DNA from: Balanoglossus misakiensis
Lineage: Eukaryota > Animalia > Hemichordata
Length of the DNA: 64,000 nt
Direction of reading: 5' to 3'
NCBI GenBank assembly: GCA_040954595.2
Contig: CM082595.2
Span: 4,676,137-4,740,136 of the forward strand
Positions within the stretch are counted from its first letter, which is position 1; every line of letters starts with the position of its first letter. The notes under the pieces are model-generated. The model searched no databases. It was not told the origin of the DNA and saw only the letters and a list, made by a program, of their open reading frames with translations. Positions 1 to 13,600 of this stretch are shown here, in pieces. The position numbers and the translations under genes were made by a program.

Positions 1-249
1 TTCTCACCTTACAAATAGAGAGGCCAATGTCGCCCTAATATTATAATGTGGGAGCTCGTATTTGAACCTTTCGACCAAACCCTCCACCACCTCACAACCA
101 TAAAGAAAGATGGGTTTCATTAATTATCTTCATATGAAAACAACAGAATTTGACATCGTAACTGATCCACCTTGATAGATATTTTGGAGGTTCAGACTGG
201 ACAGTTTACGGCAGTGAAGCACTGGTACTCTAGTTTCTTTCTTTGGAAT

Positions 250-474
250 TTAAAGGGACATTAAGTCTCTCTCGCTGCCCTTTTTACATTATTATATTTG
301 ATACAAGATACCGTTTATATTATTCTACATGTAGATATATAGTGAATCAACGTTCGACTTCACACAACTTCCATCCCGTTTGTAGGATATGAGAGTAAAA
401 ATCTCGCCAAAATGAATAAACGGTAGAGACTGATTATTCATATTGGCAGTGAGGGAGAGACTTTGTCCCTTTAA
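250..474. mobile_element. TTAA-AGGGACA MITE (T2/Kolobok-type ends), full copy
   Basis: ttaaagggaca..agtctctctc.ctgcc at the left mirrors ggcagtgagggagagactttgtccctttaa at the right, with TTAA on both sides. A homologous partial copy lies at 28280-28481. Confidence 0.75.
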
Positions 475-1205
475 TGTAAAAAGAGCTGTTCATTCAAAAG
501 CGAAACAGCAGACAGTATCATATCTTGGCAATACAGGCCGTCACCCCAGATCCCACTGTCACAGATTGACGTTCATTTCAAGATGCCGAGCACTGAAACG
601 GACAACAGCGAAACCTGATTGAGTGAAACGAACGGTGAAACCAAAAAAAAAAAAAAAAAACCTGAAACATGACACCACAGGTGAAGTGAATGAACCTGCA
701 CAGAGTCTTCACTACAGACCCTCAAGGTAACCGCAATACAAAGACAGAGAATTGGTTTTTAATGATGATCAGTAAACGCAGTCATACTTGTCCATCACCT
801 AGTGTAATATTACCTATAGCCCCAAAGATGTGGTTATCTGCAGAATACAGGTACCGGGCATTGTATGGTTCAGGTAGCACCCATCTCAAGCATATCTGCT
901 CATGAGTGCGTAAGACAGTTTCTTCTATAGTGGTTTACTTTCCTCAAGTTTCATTTGTGCAGGTTTTAGTGGAAGTATCGCCAAGGATGAGAACAGCTAT
1001 GCTCTAAGGTCTAAGATTGTCTCCTTTGTTGGGACCATGGACCAATTCGCTCATTTAGAATGAATTGTAATTTAAGAATTGAAGGAAAAGTACTTTATTT
1101 CATATACTAATCACAATATATTTTCCCTGTTTGCATAGTCAGAACAGAATGCAGTGGTTGCTAGGAAACCCCACGGGGGAGGTATCATCACTGTTATCCG
1201 TAAGA

Positions 1206-1470
1206 CAGTCAAACCTCTCTATAGTGGCCAGTCAGGGACTTTCCTAAACTGGCCTTTATAGAGAGTTAACGTTGACCTTTATATAGAGGTTAATTAATTA
1301 ACACACATGTGAATTGCACAGGGACTGTAACAAAGTGGCCACTATATAGAGGTGGCCACTAACACAGGTTTGACTGTATATGTAAACTGCACAGGGACTG
1401 TAACAAAGTGGCCACTATATAGAGGTGACCGCTATATATAGGGGTGGCCACTAACAGGGGTTTGACTGTA
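1206..1470. mobile_element. Tigger/pogo-like MITE (TIR CAGTCAAACCT) with a tandemly duplicated right end
   Basis: cagtcaaacct at 1206, aggtttgactgta at ~1366-1378, and the right ~90 bp repeated to gtttgactgta at 1470. An inverted homolog lies at 24001-24162. Confidence 0.75.
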
Positions 1471-2170
1471 TATGGGGACAGGAATGCCGGAAACAGCCCT
1501 GGATCAACCCGATCTCCCTCTCACTACAAGACACGGACTTTGCAGTACAGAGTTCAGTGACTCATCACACACACAAGCGACACCAACGTCTCCATTGTCA
1601 CTGTCATGCTCTTCTGACTTCCAAAAATACACCTGGTGGCAGGCGAAACAGCTGCCATATATCTATCACTGATTGCTCTCGCTGCTATCAAGTTGTAACA
1701 CACAGTCGCAGAGACAACGACACCACAGCCTGACCAGGCATGCATGACTAACTGACAAGCCATCTAGACTACGGGTATCTGCCGCAATACAAATGATCAC
1801 CCAGCCTCACAAAGCAAAGAGGATCTTCCGAATACATTTTCACGTCCAGAGTATCAATCTGCACCACCAAAACTTTCACGAACGTTCCACGATCTTTGGG
1901 CTTTAAAAAAATCACATTTGTCAAGAGTACCGTAACTCACGGTGTGTATTTTCGTGATTGAGGTTTAATTTATATCTTGACCTTGGCTCTGCACCTTGAT
2001 GAATGGAAGATGAGTTGTCTGATTGGCGAAGACTATTGACACTTAACCGGGTACGGTCAGCGATATTTGAGAAACGTGCATCAGTTTGGCCCTCTTAAGT
2101 GAAGTCAATACAGAGTAACACCATGATTCATGGAGGTGAGCTTGAACTTGACGATTGGTGTGTGGACCTT

Positions 2171-2300
2171 ACAAATGACTTTTCTGCTCACTGCGAGCTC
2201 TCGCGAGACTTGGTTATTATCGTAAAACAGAAGTCAAGCTTAGTATGAAATTAGAATAGGTGCATGCAGAGTTTAACAAAAACTAACTTTTGCACAGTTA
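2171..2300. repeat. Dispersed repeat carrying TCTCGCGAGA (pair of 50308-50452)
   Basis: aca.atga..tt..gctca.tg.gag.tctcgcgagact.ggtta.ta ... gtatgaaa.tag ... agagtttaacaaaaa..taacttttg is shared. Confidence 0.7.
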
Positions 2301-2825
2301 ATAACACGATATGCCTTGTGTTGTTTGGCCTGTGTCACATGAAATGTCCTCCTACATCAGACTGACTAGCCACGTGAAATCTCGCAGGGTTTCATCATGG
2401 AGTTTGGAAAATGATCTATTGTACAATGCATTGTTGGTAATCTTTCAATGCATGAAAACATCACTTATACGGGTAGTCCAGTAATGGGTACTGCCTGCTA
2501 GACAATAATTTAGAAACCAGTGTTGCGGCTAATGCAACTAATTATTAGCACCGTGAAAAAAAGGTGGCATTTTTTGGTGGTGACTCATGTGCTTTTTAGC
2601 TTAGACTGTGTGTGGGCATCCGAAATATTGACAACAAGTGTCTATTTTGGGTGGCAGGAGCTAATTAGGGAAGGCTTCCATGCCAAACAGTGCAGAGAGG
2701 TAGTCTATGGAGATTGTAACAGATCGCCCATTGTATAGTACTGCAACTGAAAGTTACTGCAAAGTCATTTACAAACTCTTGTTATTTTAAAGAAAATATT
2801 CTCCATATTCCTTCTACCTCTATAC

Positions 2826-2945
2826 ATTTTTTTAGGGCCCATTTGTATAGGTATATACCTGTGGGACCTTATGGGATCGGTTGCATCTGTATGTAAGTAT
2901 GGATGGATGGATGGATGGATGGATGTCTGTATGTCCGTCCACATC
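2826..2945. mobile_element. Possible Helentron/DINE-1-like (HINE) 5' end
   Basis: T-run, then an inverted repeat (agggccca...tgggacct) enclosing the palindrome aggtatatacct, then GGAT/GTCY microsatellite (gtctgtatgtccgtcc). This is the layout known for DINE-1/HINE ends. Confidence 0.35.
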
Positions 2946-3316
2946 AAAAACTTGAAAACCGCTGCATGTATTTTTCTAATATCTGATTGTGCTCTTCCAT
3001 GTGTTAATATTTCAGTTTGGAAGAACAAACAGTGTTAGTTAAAGGCCCATACAAGGGAAGCATGCATCCTGGCCCACCATTAAGAACAGTCCTTTGTAGA
3101 GTGGAGCAGAGCACACATTGCCGAACCCAATAGTGCACACCACAATTGCCTAACCAAACAACAGTTGCTTGACGAAACAAGGGCCAAGCTGTCGAGTGTG
3201 CCTAACTACGCTATTGGTAGTGCAGCAGACAATTTGTACATTCATATATGTTTCTTTCCCCAAGTCTTTTTTCATCTGACAATGTTATTTGTGGTAGTAT
3301 TAAATGGAAACGGATC

Positions 3317-3543
3317 TGAGAGTGAGAGTGAGAGTGAGTGAGAGTGAGAGAGAGAGAGTGAGAGTGAGTGAGAGAGTGAGAGTGAGTGAGAGAGAGAGTG
3401 AGAGAGTGAGAGTTAGAGAGAGAGAGAGTGAGAGAGAGTGAGAGTGAGAGAGAGAGAGTGTGAGAGTGAGAGTTAGAGTGAGAGAGAGTGAGAGTGAGAG
3501 TTAGAGTGAGAGAGAGTGAGAGTTAGAGTGAGAGAGAGAGAGG
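3317..3543. repeat. (GA)n/(GAGAGT)n compound microsatellite
   Basis: Directly visible. Confidence 0.95.
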
Positions 3544-6500
3544 GTGGGGGGAGAGGGACAGGGAGAGAGAGAGACAGACAAACATGTACAAACAGACTCA
3601 CAGACAGACAGAAGAACTGGAGAGATCATTAATTATAAAATAAGCAAATACATGTAATGGTAGGATTTCGCAGGTGGAAAACAACTAGCTTGTGAGTGAG
3701 TATTCTTCATATTGAGTTCCATGTATACATTACATTAATTTTTACAAAACCACTTTACCTCGAAATAGGTCAAGTATAAGTATGAGACAAAAATGGGAAT
3801 TTGAAAAAAAAACCTGGTGAGTGTGAGGGGTGATCGAACAGGTCTTTTAAAATATTCACCTCCAAAGAATGACAGTCAATGATATGCAAATAAAGACAGA
3901 TCTGGGAAGATGGGAAGAAACTCAAGACGCTAAGAGCTGACAGGTGTCTCAATTGTATCGATTCACATCACGATCTCATAATGAAGATAGAACACCAGAA
4001 ATTGATTTTTTCTTTAAGTCAGGGGGCTTGGATGGACCGGACTCTGCGGAGTGTTTGGGCTGGCAGACCACTAAGTAATGAGATTAGACGGACATATTAC
4101 AAATTAATAGCCCGTGAAACAATGGGCAGATCTGCACAAGAATGGCACCAGCTAACAGAGAAACCAAAATATTGATCCTGTAAGTGTGAAGAAGTCAAGA
4201 GTCTACTGTCAACTGCAGTCAGCATTTGAATCGATTGCAGTGAAAAAAAAGCAATGATGTAAGTTTTTATTTGTATTTCATCGAACTGTCCGGTTACTGA
4301 AGAGTTTTTTTGCCTCTTCTTTGAATGAAGGTTCCCTGCCATTCCAAAGGCGACAGCTAGCATGCGCCGAGATAATTAATTAATGGCGCAAACTTTCTTT
4401 TCTTTTGAGGAAGCCGCCTTGCTTTGTATCGGTGGAAAAAAGCATGGAACAGTTACTGACGTAAAGTCTTTTCTCTTGTTTTTGGAAAGAACTTTGTTTC
4501 GCAGTTTACAAGAGGCAGCAGCACTGACAATGGGCAATTAGCATCGGACAGAAACGCTCATCAGACCACAGGGAAGCAATTTGCGCCGGGGGAGAAAAAA
4601 AGCTACCACAACGAGAAGCCACAAAACAACTAATTAAATGAAAATATCCGGAGAATACCGGCAAAATGGGAGTTCAGTCTGTGAATCACTGAAGCTGAAT
4701 GGATTTGGAGTTCTACGCAGGGTGAAAGCCGTCTCCAGCCTCGCTGAATTTCCGACGTATTTTTCGACCCCGCGGGGAGTCTGTAAGCAACAGTAACAGT
4801 TTAAAGCATAATGACAGTGTTCAGTGACTCTTTAAAAGAGGATTAGGTCTGGGGTATAGCTGTCGCTCTGAGCCTACAAACTGATCGTTTTTAGGTTCTT
4901 TGTCAATGTGTACGTACGTACGTACGTATGTATGTATGTATGTATTGGTACGTCCGTGTGTGCTTGTGTCTGTGTGTATACTCATACACACAAACATTAT
5001 ACACACATCTCAACCTGTTTTATTAAACTACACATATGTTGCATCCTTTCAAGTTCAACACATACACCCTGTCATTGAACACGTCCACAGAAACACTAGC
5101 CCTAATCTCCCCGTAACCATAAATGGTTTCTTCTTTCGCATGGGAAAGCACCCAGACCTCCACCTTCGCCTCAAGAAACCAACATTCCTAGCATTATTTA
5201 TTAAACAGGGGATTGTTTTCAAGTATTGATGAGCGAGCTCTCCAAGCTCTCTAATCTATCGACGGAATCCCATAGTTTGCTAACATTGTAATTGTTTGAT
5301 CGGGTCAAACAAAGGCCAGCAATTGCTTTGTTTGGGTGGAATTCAGAAAGTTTTCTTTTCTCAATCCAATTGTGGTGTGTGTGCTTAAATGTGGACATAA
5401 CTGTACAGTGATATTGACCCTTTCAAAACCACAGTCACCTTGTCGTTATCTTTTAAAAATTAAACCCTCAAAACTTTTTCCACGTTTTTCTCAAATTTTG
5501 ATCAAGATCCAGAGACAGTGGAACCTTATATCCACCTGGTCTAAAATTACGGGGGGAAAAAAGAGAAAAATGGGTGAAAATGTAAAAATGTTGCACCACA
5601 TTTTTGACAGACAAAATGTGGCATTCAAAGGGTTTATCAGAGCCCTCCTGCTCTGTTTTATTCCAGGCCAATGATGACAGACCACAACGGTGGTCTCTCA
5701 TCATTGAAACTAAATACAAAGTCTGAAGCGAGCCAAATTTGATTGACACCTGTCGTTTCTGACAGCAAGAAGCCAATTGGACTTCAGAGATCACGAACTG
5801 TATCATTTTTCAACATTTCTGATTGATTGCATATTACTGGCCAGGTATGACATTATACGAGCACAGTTCCTCTGAAATCTTGTTTGCGTGCAACAAACTT
5901 CCGCATTGGGCTGTTCAACGCACACTTCTGCATGATGACGTTTTTAGTTTCTTTGTCAATGGCCGACATTCTAAAATATTTACTTCTGTGTGAGAGAGAA
6001 AATCAATAAGTTCACTCAGAGCATGTGCCATGGTACTGCTGTAGCTAGAATATGACAATCTCATATGAAAATATATTTCTGTCACAGAAATATACAGGAA
6101 TCTAAAATTGATGGCGATGATTTTAACAGCCTTGTAGTAATCAATATTGCACATCCTCAACTTTAAAAAGCCTGTCAGATATTTTTAAAAGGTTACTTTT
6201 GGGAATCGTACAGTACAGGTGAATTTGGATAAAATGAATGCATTGGAATATCCCTGACAGTAATGATTGGGTACCCATTATAGATGTGATAGAATTTTGG
6301 ACAGGCTGACACTATATGGGACTTTAGAGAAAATTGGTTAACTTTACGTTAAGTTTACACCAAGACACAGCAAGGCAAGGACTTTGCCTACCTGTACTCA
6401 GACCAACCACCTGTTGCTCAAAATCATACATTTCACCTAACTCTACAAACCAACCATAGCTTGGTGGGGAGGGGGAGGGGAAATCAAAGGACTTTGAGAA

Positions 6501-9193
6501 ATAATTGACCTTCAGAGGAGAAGGTGGGTGGGGTGGGGTGGGGTGGGGAAGGGGTAATGTTGATAGATCAAGCAAGGGTGTACAGGTGTAAGGTATCACT
6601 ATGACACAGAGACCAGACTGACACTGTTGATCATCGGAACAGCAACTTCTGTCGATGACAGATATCTTGTCGTTCTCTTATTGACAGATAAAAAACAAAT
6701 CACCTCGCAAACACAGAGTCCTTTTTTCTACCCTGCCGGCCTTCAAAGATTACCATCGGAGACTAGAGTGTCTTAATCACCGTAGTTATGTCCTGTGATA
6801 AAGAGCTGCGATAGCCCGGTCATAAATTCAGACCATTTAGCCGGTATGTTGATTGAGAGTTTCCAAACACAGGGGCACAATTCCCATACGTGTGCTCCCC
6901 TCAAAGCAGCAGTGTCACTCACATGTCTGCATTTATCAACGCTTGACAGACACTGATTTAATTCTATTCTTTAGTATCAATCACGTGATCTGGCAATGTG
7001 ACCCACGGCGTTGTCATTTCCAGATGACAGGCAAGCAATATTTCGGCATCCAGTGAAATTTTTTTCTGAGTATGTTTTTATTTTAGAACTGCCAGACACG
7101 TAAAATGTATCAGGTATGGTGCCTCATCAACCTCATGGAGTTTCGTCTGCACTGTCTTTGTCTGCACCACGTTGAAGTTGCCCGTCATCTGGAAATTTGA
7201 ATGCCAACGTAACTGCCACCTGAGCGCGTCTGACGTCATTTGCAACAAGTTTTCAGTGTGTGGTGAATGTCTCAACCAAAGACAAGAATCAGCACCCCCC
7301 CCCTCTCCCACCTGTACACATCAAACAGAAATGGCCACAAAGATTTGTTTGCACAATCTCGGACAAATCTATCTTTTCCATCTGCAACTTCCGGAAATAC
7401 AGGAACAGACAAGGTCCATTAATCAGGAGTTAAACATCCAATCAGTCAACAGAACAAACATCAGCAGACAGCGCCTCATTAATATGCAAACCATTCAGAA
7501 GTCTGCAGACTACGTGTAAATCAAATTTCATGGAAAATGGAATATGATGAATCATGTTAAAATCTTTCTTGATATTTAGACAGTTAAAAAAATAACACTA
7601 CACTGTACCACATTGAAGATTTTTAGACGTACAACATTAGCTGAAAATGATATTAAATATAATTTATTTCAATGAAAGTCTGTATCACTCTGACCTGTAA
7701 TTAAAATAATTTCAATCTGTGGTTGTCTCTCTTGCAATTGATTCAAAGACTTGAAATCGAAAATTTGCTCTTCAATCACTGAATTTTTTTGACATTTCAT
7801 TATTCTATTGTGGAACCAGCAATCAGGCCAATAACAGTAGAAGAAGGCTGAAATGAGAGTGAGAAAATAAGCACTTAAGGTAATGGGCCGGAACTTCTGG
7901 TCTAGTTTTTTTTTCAAAATGCACGAGCGTCGCGATGTGCAAAACGTCAACGTCGACGATGCAAACATCGCCTGCCAAACCTTGTCCGTGGCAGTCACAG
8001 TCCAACGACAGCTATTAAGCTATCTCATTACGAGCCCTATTCAGGAAATTGCCCCCAGATTTGACCCATCCAAAGTCAAAATTAGCTTGACAAAACGACG
8101 GGGGTTGATTCTGCCGCTATATACCGTCCACACACGCACACTTCACATGGACGCATGTCTGGCGTCATGAATAACATTATACACACACGCACACAAAACT
8201 AAATCAACAATCTACTTTAAACGACCCTTCGTTCCATATCAATACATGTACAAGACTACGAGCATTTACCCGGCAAATCTGTTTCGTCTGGTCTATCAAT
8301 ACGTCATGACTCTGCAGCCAGTGGCCGTACTGCAAGCGCCGATGATCAGCTCCATAATCGCCTCAAGTGTCGGCATTTGCATGAGCAATCTCTCTAAATA
8401 TTTGCCTTTCTTTTCACTCCACAGTTTTGTTTGATTTTCCCACACCTACTGTTGCTATGCAGACTGGGGTGGCCTAGTGACAAGGTCGGGGTATAGGAAT
8501 TTGCCTAACTGCACGAGGAGGAGGGGGTGAGGGCATGCCTAACTAGTCCAGACATTCCTGAACATGCATACCCCAGGACGCATACCTGTGCCCCAATGCA
8601 ATTATTAATATTACAAAAATTAAGCATTTTTGAAGTTAGCAAACATAACCAGTGAACTTATCATGACTGGATATCACTTTGGACACGTGCTGTCAGCGAT
8701 GTCTGTACACCGATGGCCACTATACTAAAATGTGCCACTGCCCTGAATACTGGACCAATAAAATCAGCAGTACTCTCTGAAATCAAGGTTAGAGCATTTC
8801 CAATATACTGCTGCCAAAGTAACCATTTCAGCCCTGACATTACAGTCATTATGACTGAAAAAGGGTTTGCGGAACTACTTTACAAAACAACTGACCTGAC
8901 GCTATGTTGACCATTGGAGACATATTTTTATGGTTAAGAGTTAAAGCCCATTGGGTAGAACCCCAAGGAACGTGGTCTGTAGCAGCAATAAAACACACTG
9001 TTGCTATAATAATTGTGTTTCCCTCCCACTTCTCAGCTTGTTCAAGTCCCCATTACTGATAAGAGACTTGGACTGCCTAGAATGCAGCAGCGGCGTTCCC
9101 AGCCTGTAAGCTGTTTCTCAGCAGATACAGTATCTGTGGGCAATAAGCGATTAAGGGGCTCTTTCGATATGATTCGTCCTGATTGCCCGACAA

Positions 9194-9396
9194 TACTGTA
9201 AAACGGGTTATTTTTGCGACAGGAAATTTTTCGCGATATCAACAGAGGCAACTGTTACGCGAAAAGTTATTTTCACGTTCTCGTATTTCATTCACTCTCC
9301 GAAAAACATTTTACGCGACTTTTTATTTTCACGTTTTTTTGTTTTCGCGTATCTCGCGAAAATTCATTGCTCGCGAAAATTACCCGTTTTACAGTA
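9194..9396. mobile_element. Tc1/mariner-type (Tc2/pogo-like) MITE, TA-CTGTAAAAC family, variant TIR
   Basis: tactgtaaaacgggt...acccgttttacagta, with TA flanks and internal tcgcga repeats shared with 10540, 41525 and 41834. Confidence 0.8.
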
Positions 9397-10539
9397 TACC
9401 TCTGGTGCGCGTTTGGTGAAATCGGCGGGGGCGAAATTTTGCATTCATAAATTACGTGTCATTGACGGCACTTCTAACGCGCAAAGGTGTGCTGGAGGAA
9501 GTAGGGAATTACTTCTTGAGTCCGTAAATTATTACCCGTGAGCTCAAGTTGAGCTAGCCTGGGCTTTTGATAGCTCTACTAAGAACTTGATCCAGGCATT
9601 AGTCTCTGTAACCCCAAGGACAGCATTGTTTCAAGTCGATATAAATCAGTAAGCCTTTCTTTCAAATCAGCTGACAACACACGCATTCAGCCTTCATTGC
9701 CACCAAAGTGTCTCCGATACACATCTGACTTCCAGTACAATCTCACTCATACTTTGATTACAAGCTGGCCTCCATCCATGGTAACAATTGCTAAATTCAA
9801 ATACAATGTACAAGGACCGGTGTGGCCTCTAACAAACATGATTTTTTAAAAAGCTTTGAGTCAATTTGAGGATTTCTAGAAATTTCTCCTAGTCAGCAAT
9901 ATATAATGTACCTTTGCATCAGAAATGCATTAGAGTGTAGATTCAACTGTAACATATTGGGGTGTACCCCCCAAATATGGCTGCCGCTCAAAAACAGTTT
10001 GCTACATTGAGATACGACCTGTGATTTGAATTGACTGTAATATGATAACAGAGCCACCCTCTTCAGAGATATCTGGACAGTCCACTCTAGCTGAAGTTTT
10101 GTCGATCGCAATCTGAAATTTCATCCCCCAGAGCCTCTGATACAGCATCACATTATTACATTGTGAGAAGTTGTTTTCAATCGTAGTTTCCCCCCTCCTC
10201 CTCACCCCCCCCCCTCCCACCCGCTCCCCCATGAGAAGAATCCCAGAATTTGGAGACCAGATTCTGAAGGGCTCTTTTCCTGTTGTGGTGCACAGTTATC
10301 AAGGTACAGCCACTCAGCAAACAATGCCCCTGACACGGTGTGATGTAAGGTTTCGATAGCGTGATCTGCGGCGATCGGCGCCATGGAAATGAAACACCCA
10401 TAGCGTTATGCGAGCTCATATCACACGTGCGCATGATGCAGGAGTGCATGTATGTACCGGTATGTGTGCACGTTGGCATGAGTGTGCATGCATGCATGCA
10501 CATCTAGTGTGTTCTTGTCTGTGCATGTTATTGTTAGAG

Positions 10540-10664
10540 TACTGTAAAACACTTTATTTTCGCGAGCAAAAAATAAGAGAACGCGAAAGTTAATACTCGC
10601 GAAACAGTGGCCTCTTTCGATATCGCGAAAATTTTGACTCGCGAAAATAAAGTGTTTTACAGTA
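10540..10664. mobile_element. TA-CTGTAAAAC MITE, short copy
   Basis: Perfect 27-nt inverted ends including TA: tactgtaaaacactttattttcgcgag / ctcgcgaaaataaagtgttttacagta. Confidence 0.85.
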
Positions 10665-13600
10665 TGCGAGCGTGTGTCGTCCATGATGTCAGCTAGGCTG
10701 TTCCATGGCTTCTGTGTTCACGTGTTTTTTGCTGTTTTCATGTTAGTGTCAACAGCTTCATGCCACCATTGGCATCCCGCTCACCACAGGTCACTTCGCT
10801 GTACTCATTGTCATGTCAGATGTCTGGGTTTTTTTCAACACATCACAGCTTCAAGTATGCTCACAGGACAGTGCGTGTAACTCACATTCGCGTCTCAATT
10901 TTTCAAAACCTGTTTCCAGTGTGTTCTCTAGGCCAATATTAAACGCCACTGACTCAACAAACTCACTGGTGACTCAAGAGAATTTATCCACTCTGAATTA
11001 TCAGAGAAATGTTTATAGAAATCCCCAAGTTGACTCAACCCCTATCCGACATGAAACTGGTCGCAAACTGACAGCAAACTGCATGCTGACAGAGAAGATG
11101 ACAGATCTAGAGATCAAACAAACAGAGACATGCAGACACAGGCACCGAATATTCCATGCACTTCTCTGTGAACATCACACACTTTACAGTAACCCCAACG
11201 CACAAACTAGTTTCATTTCCCCCTGCGTCCATAAACAGACATACGAGTGAGTGGGTGGGTGGGTGGATATTACAGAGGTTATAGTACCGTACAGGTACGG
11301 TTTATTTCTGATTTTTATGGTGACCTGCAATCCACTGGCGTGTCACGCTAGTTCAGTTCCAGCAACATTAATGACGGGTCAAGGGTCAAACTACTCAACT
11401 TCTCCAGTCAATTCCATTATATTTCACTGCAATTGACACGACAAAGAGTGTAGTGGATAAGAGAGCTACCTTCAGTGGCAACACATTTCCCAGCTGTGTA
11501 CTGTAGTGATCTGCAGTTGCCTAACCTGACCACCCCCTTCAAATGATCAGAAATGGCACCTGCCCTGCCACATAACCTAACTCCACTTTTTTCTTTACAC
11601 CGGTTGTATATGTAATTGTATTTTCAGAAACACTCGGTCTGGGTCATGACACTAACATTCCTTGACCACCCCTATCCTTATCAGCAACCACCGCAGCCCT
11701 GAATTCTACATGAAGGAAGTTGATGAAATAAAGAAGTACAGCACAAAGTCTTGGTTTATCACCAGGGTTCTTCTGTCTATTTTCAAGTGCAAAACCACAT
11801 CATTCCTGTCACAAAAACAGAAACACACGCACTCTAAAACAAAAGGGGAAATGCTGTCGGTCGTTGAGGGCACATAATTGCCAGAAAAAAATGTGTTAAC
11901 CAGAAAACCAGTTAAGTAAGATCGGAAATGTGTTTGTTTGTTTTTAAATTACAAAAAAAAAAAATCAGCATTTCGTGGCGAAAATCAATTTTGCCAGACT
12001 TTCCAGGTTTGGCCCCAAATTCCGGGTTTGCCAGTGGCACAGATACTCTGGATCTCCGGATACTGGGAAATGAGCAAGACCCACGGACCCATCCAGAGTG
12101 GACAGACCTCGCCATGAATATAATTCCATTGGCATCAGGGCCCACCAACCACTGATTCCGCAAACTCTTCTGTGAAACTCACCGACAATTAACAGCATGG
12201 GACTGGCACAACCTGAGCCCCAGCAAGCTATCACACCTCACAGCCACACACTGCAGTCTCACAATAAAATAATTCCCTTAAACCGTTTAAACCGGCTGGA
12301 TTTCCAGCAAAAGAAGTTCCCATCACAAACCTGACAAACTGTGGTAGAAGTTTCACCAGTTTTATTCTTAAACACTTTGAACAACGACCTTGCTTTGGAC
12401 GTTTCAGTAATCACCCTTCAATTATATGACTTTTGTTAATATATTTACTTTTTCAAAGCCACAAAATTGAATGCAAAAACACCTTAGATAGATTCCAATC
12501 CATACTATAAAATACACAAAGCAGTTGTTTCTTCAACAATACAGAATCATTAAAAGCTTTTCTGTGGGCAACGGCAAAAAATCCTTTAATTTGGTAACTT
12601 TGAAGATAAAAATGAGTAATTGTGTCTGTTGTATTGATGTTGGTGTAGGCTGATAGTCTACAGCCATCATCAGTTCGTCTCTGGACGACAGTTTCATTAA
12701 GAACTATTCACTGGGCCTATCTTTGTCTCGCCCCTGCTGGGCCCAGTGCGTGTGGTGTGATATACAAACAGGATACAAACAACCACCTGTAGATGGCTCA
12801 TTCAGCTCGGAGTTTTTCTCAGTTTTCAGGGATAAAACCACCCTAATTGATGTGCATTTGGCTCCAGAACAGCATGGAGTGTCCCGTTTCTTTTTTGAGG
12901 TTTGCCGGCTGAAAAAAACCCGCAGCAAGTTTTGATCCCCCACTGGGGGGTGTTACACTAATTGGGAGAGACTCACTCCATGGTCTGCAAACTCAAACAT
13001 CCTAACAGCACAAAACCGAAAATCTGGAACAAAATCGGCATCTTGGATGAGTGAAATCAACAATCACCATGGTTGAAATCAACATTTGGAGTTGTAAGAA
13101 TAAATACAATATGGCAACTCTCGAAAATCAACACCGAAATCTACATTTGGAATAATGAAATGTACACTGAAATGAGATCAAGATTTTAGCCAGCAGTAAC
13201 CAATCATCAATTTCAATCCTGAAATTAAAACTTCCAGAAAAGAAACCCAGATTCAGACCTCCGGAAATTGTTAATTTAGACCTCAAGAAATCAGTAGCAA
13301 CAGAGAAGTAGGAGCAAAACAACCAAGACTTCCGTGAAAAGAAAGTGCAAATTTAGCTCAACTGTGACAATTGGTTTAATTTCAATGTTAATGTCATTTG
13401 AAGGTTTTTGCCATGGTCTTTGCTGTACTTGTAAAGGAAATGGCATGCCTGTGTTAATCACATTCCAGCACTGGCCAAAAATAGTAACTCTCTCTCTCTC
13501 TGGACTATAAAAGAAATAAATAATACATGTCACCATACAACTGTAACCAAAAAACAGGAAATGACAAATGCAAATGGACGTACTTTCCAGCGGTTAAAAA

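Noticed and set aside
10813-11250. 145-aa plus-strand ORF in the giant intron
   Set aside because: No domain or coding signature; length compatible with chance.
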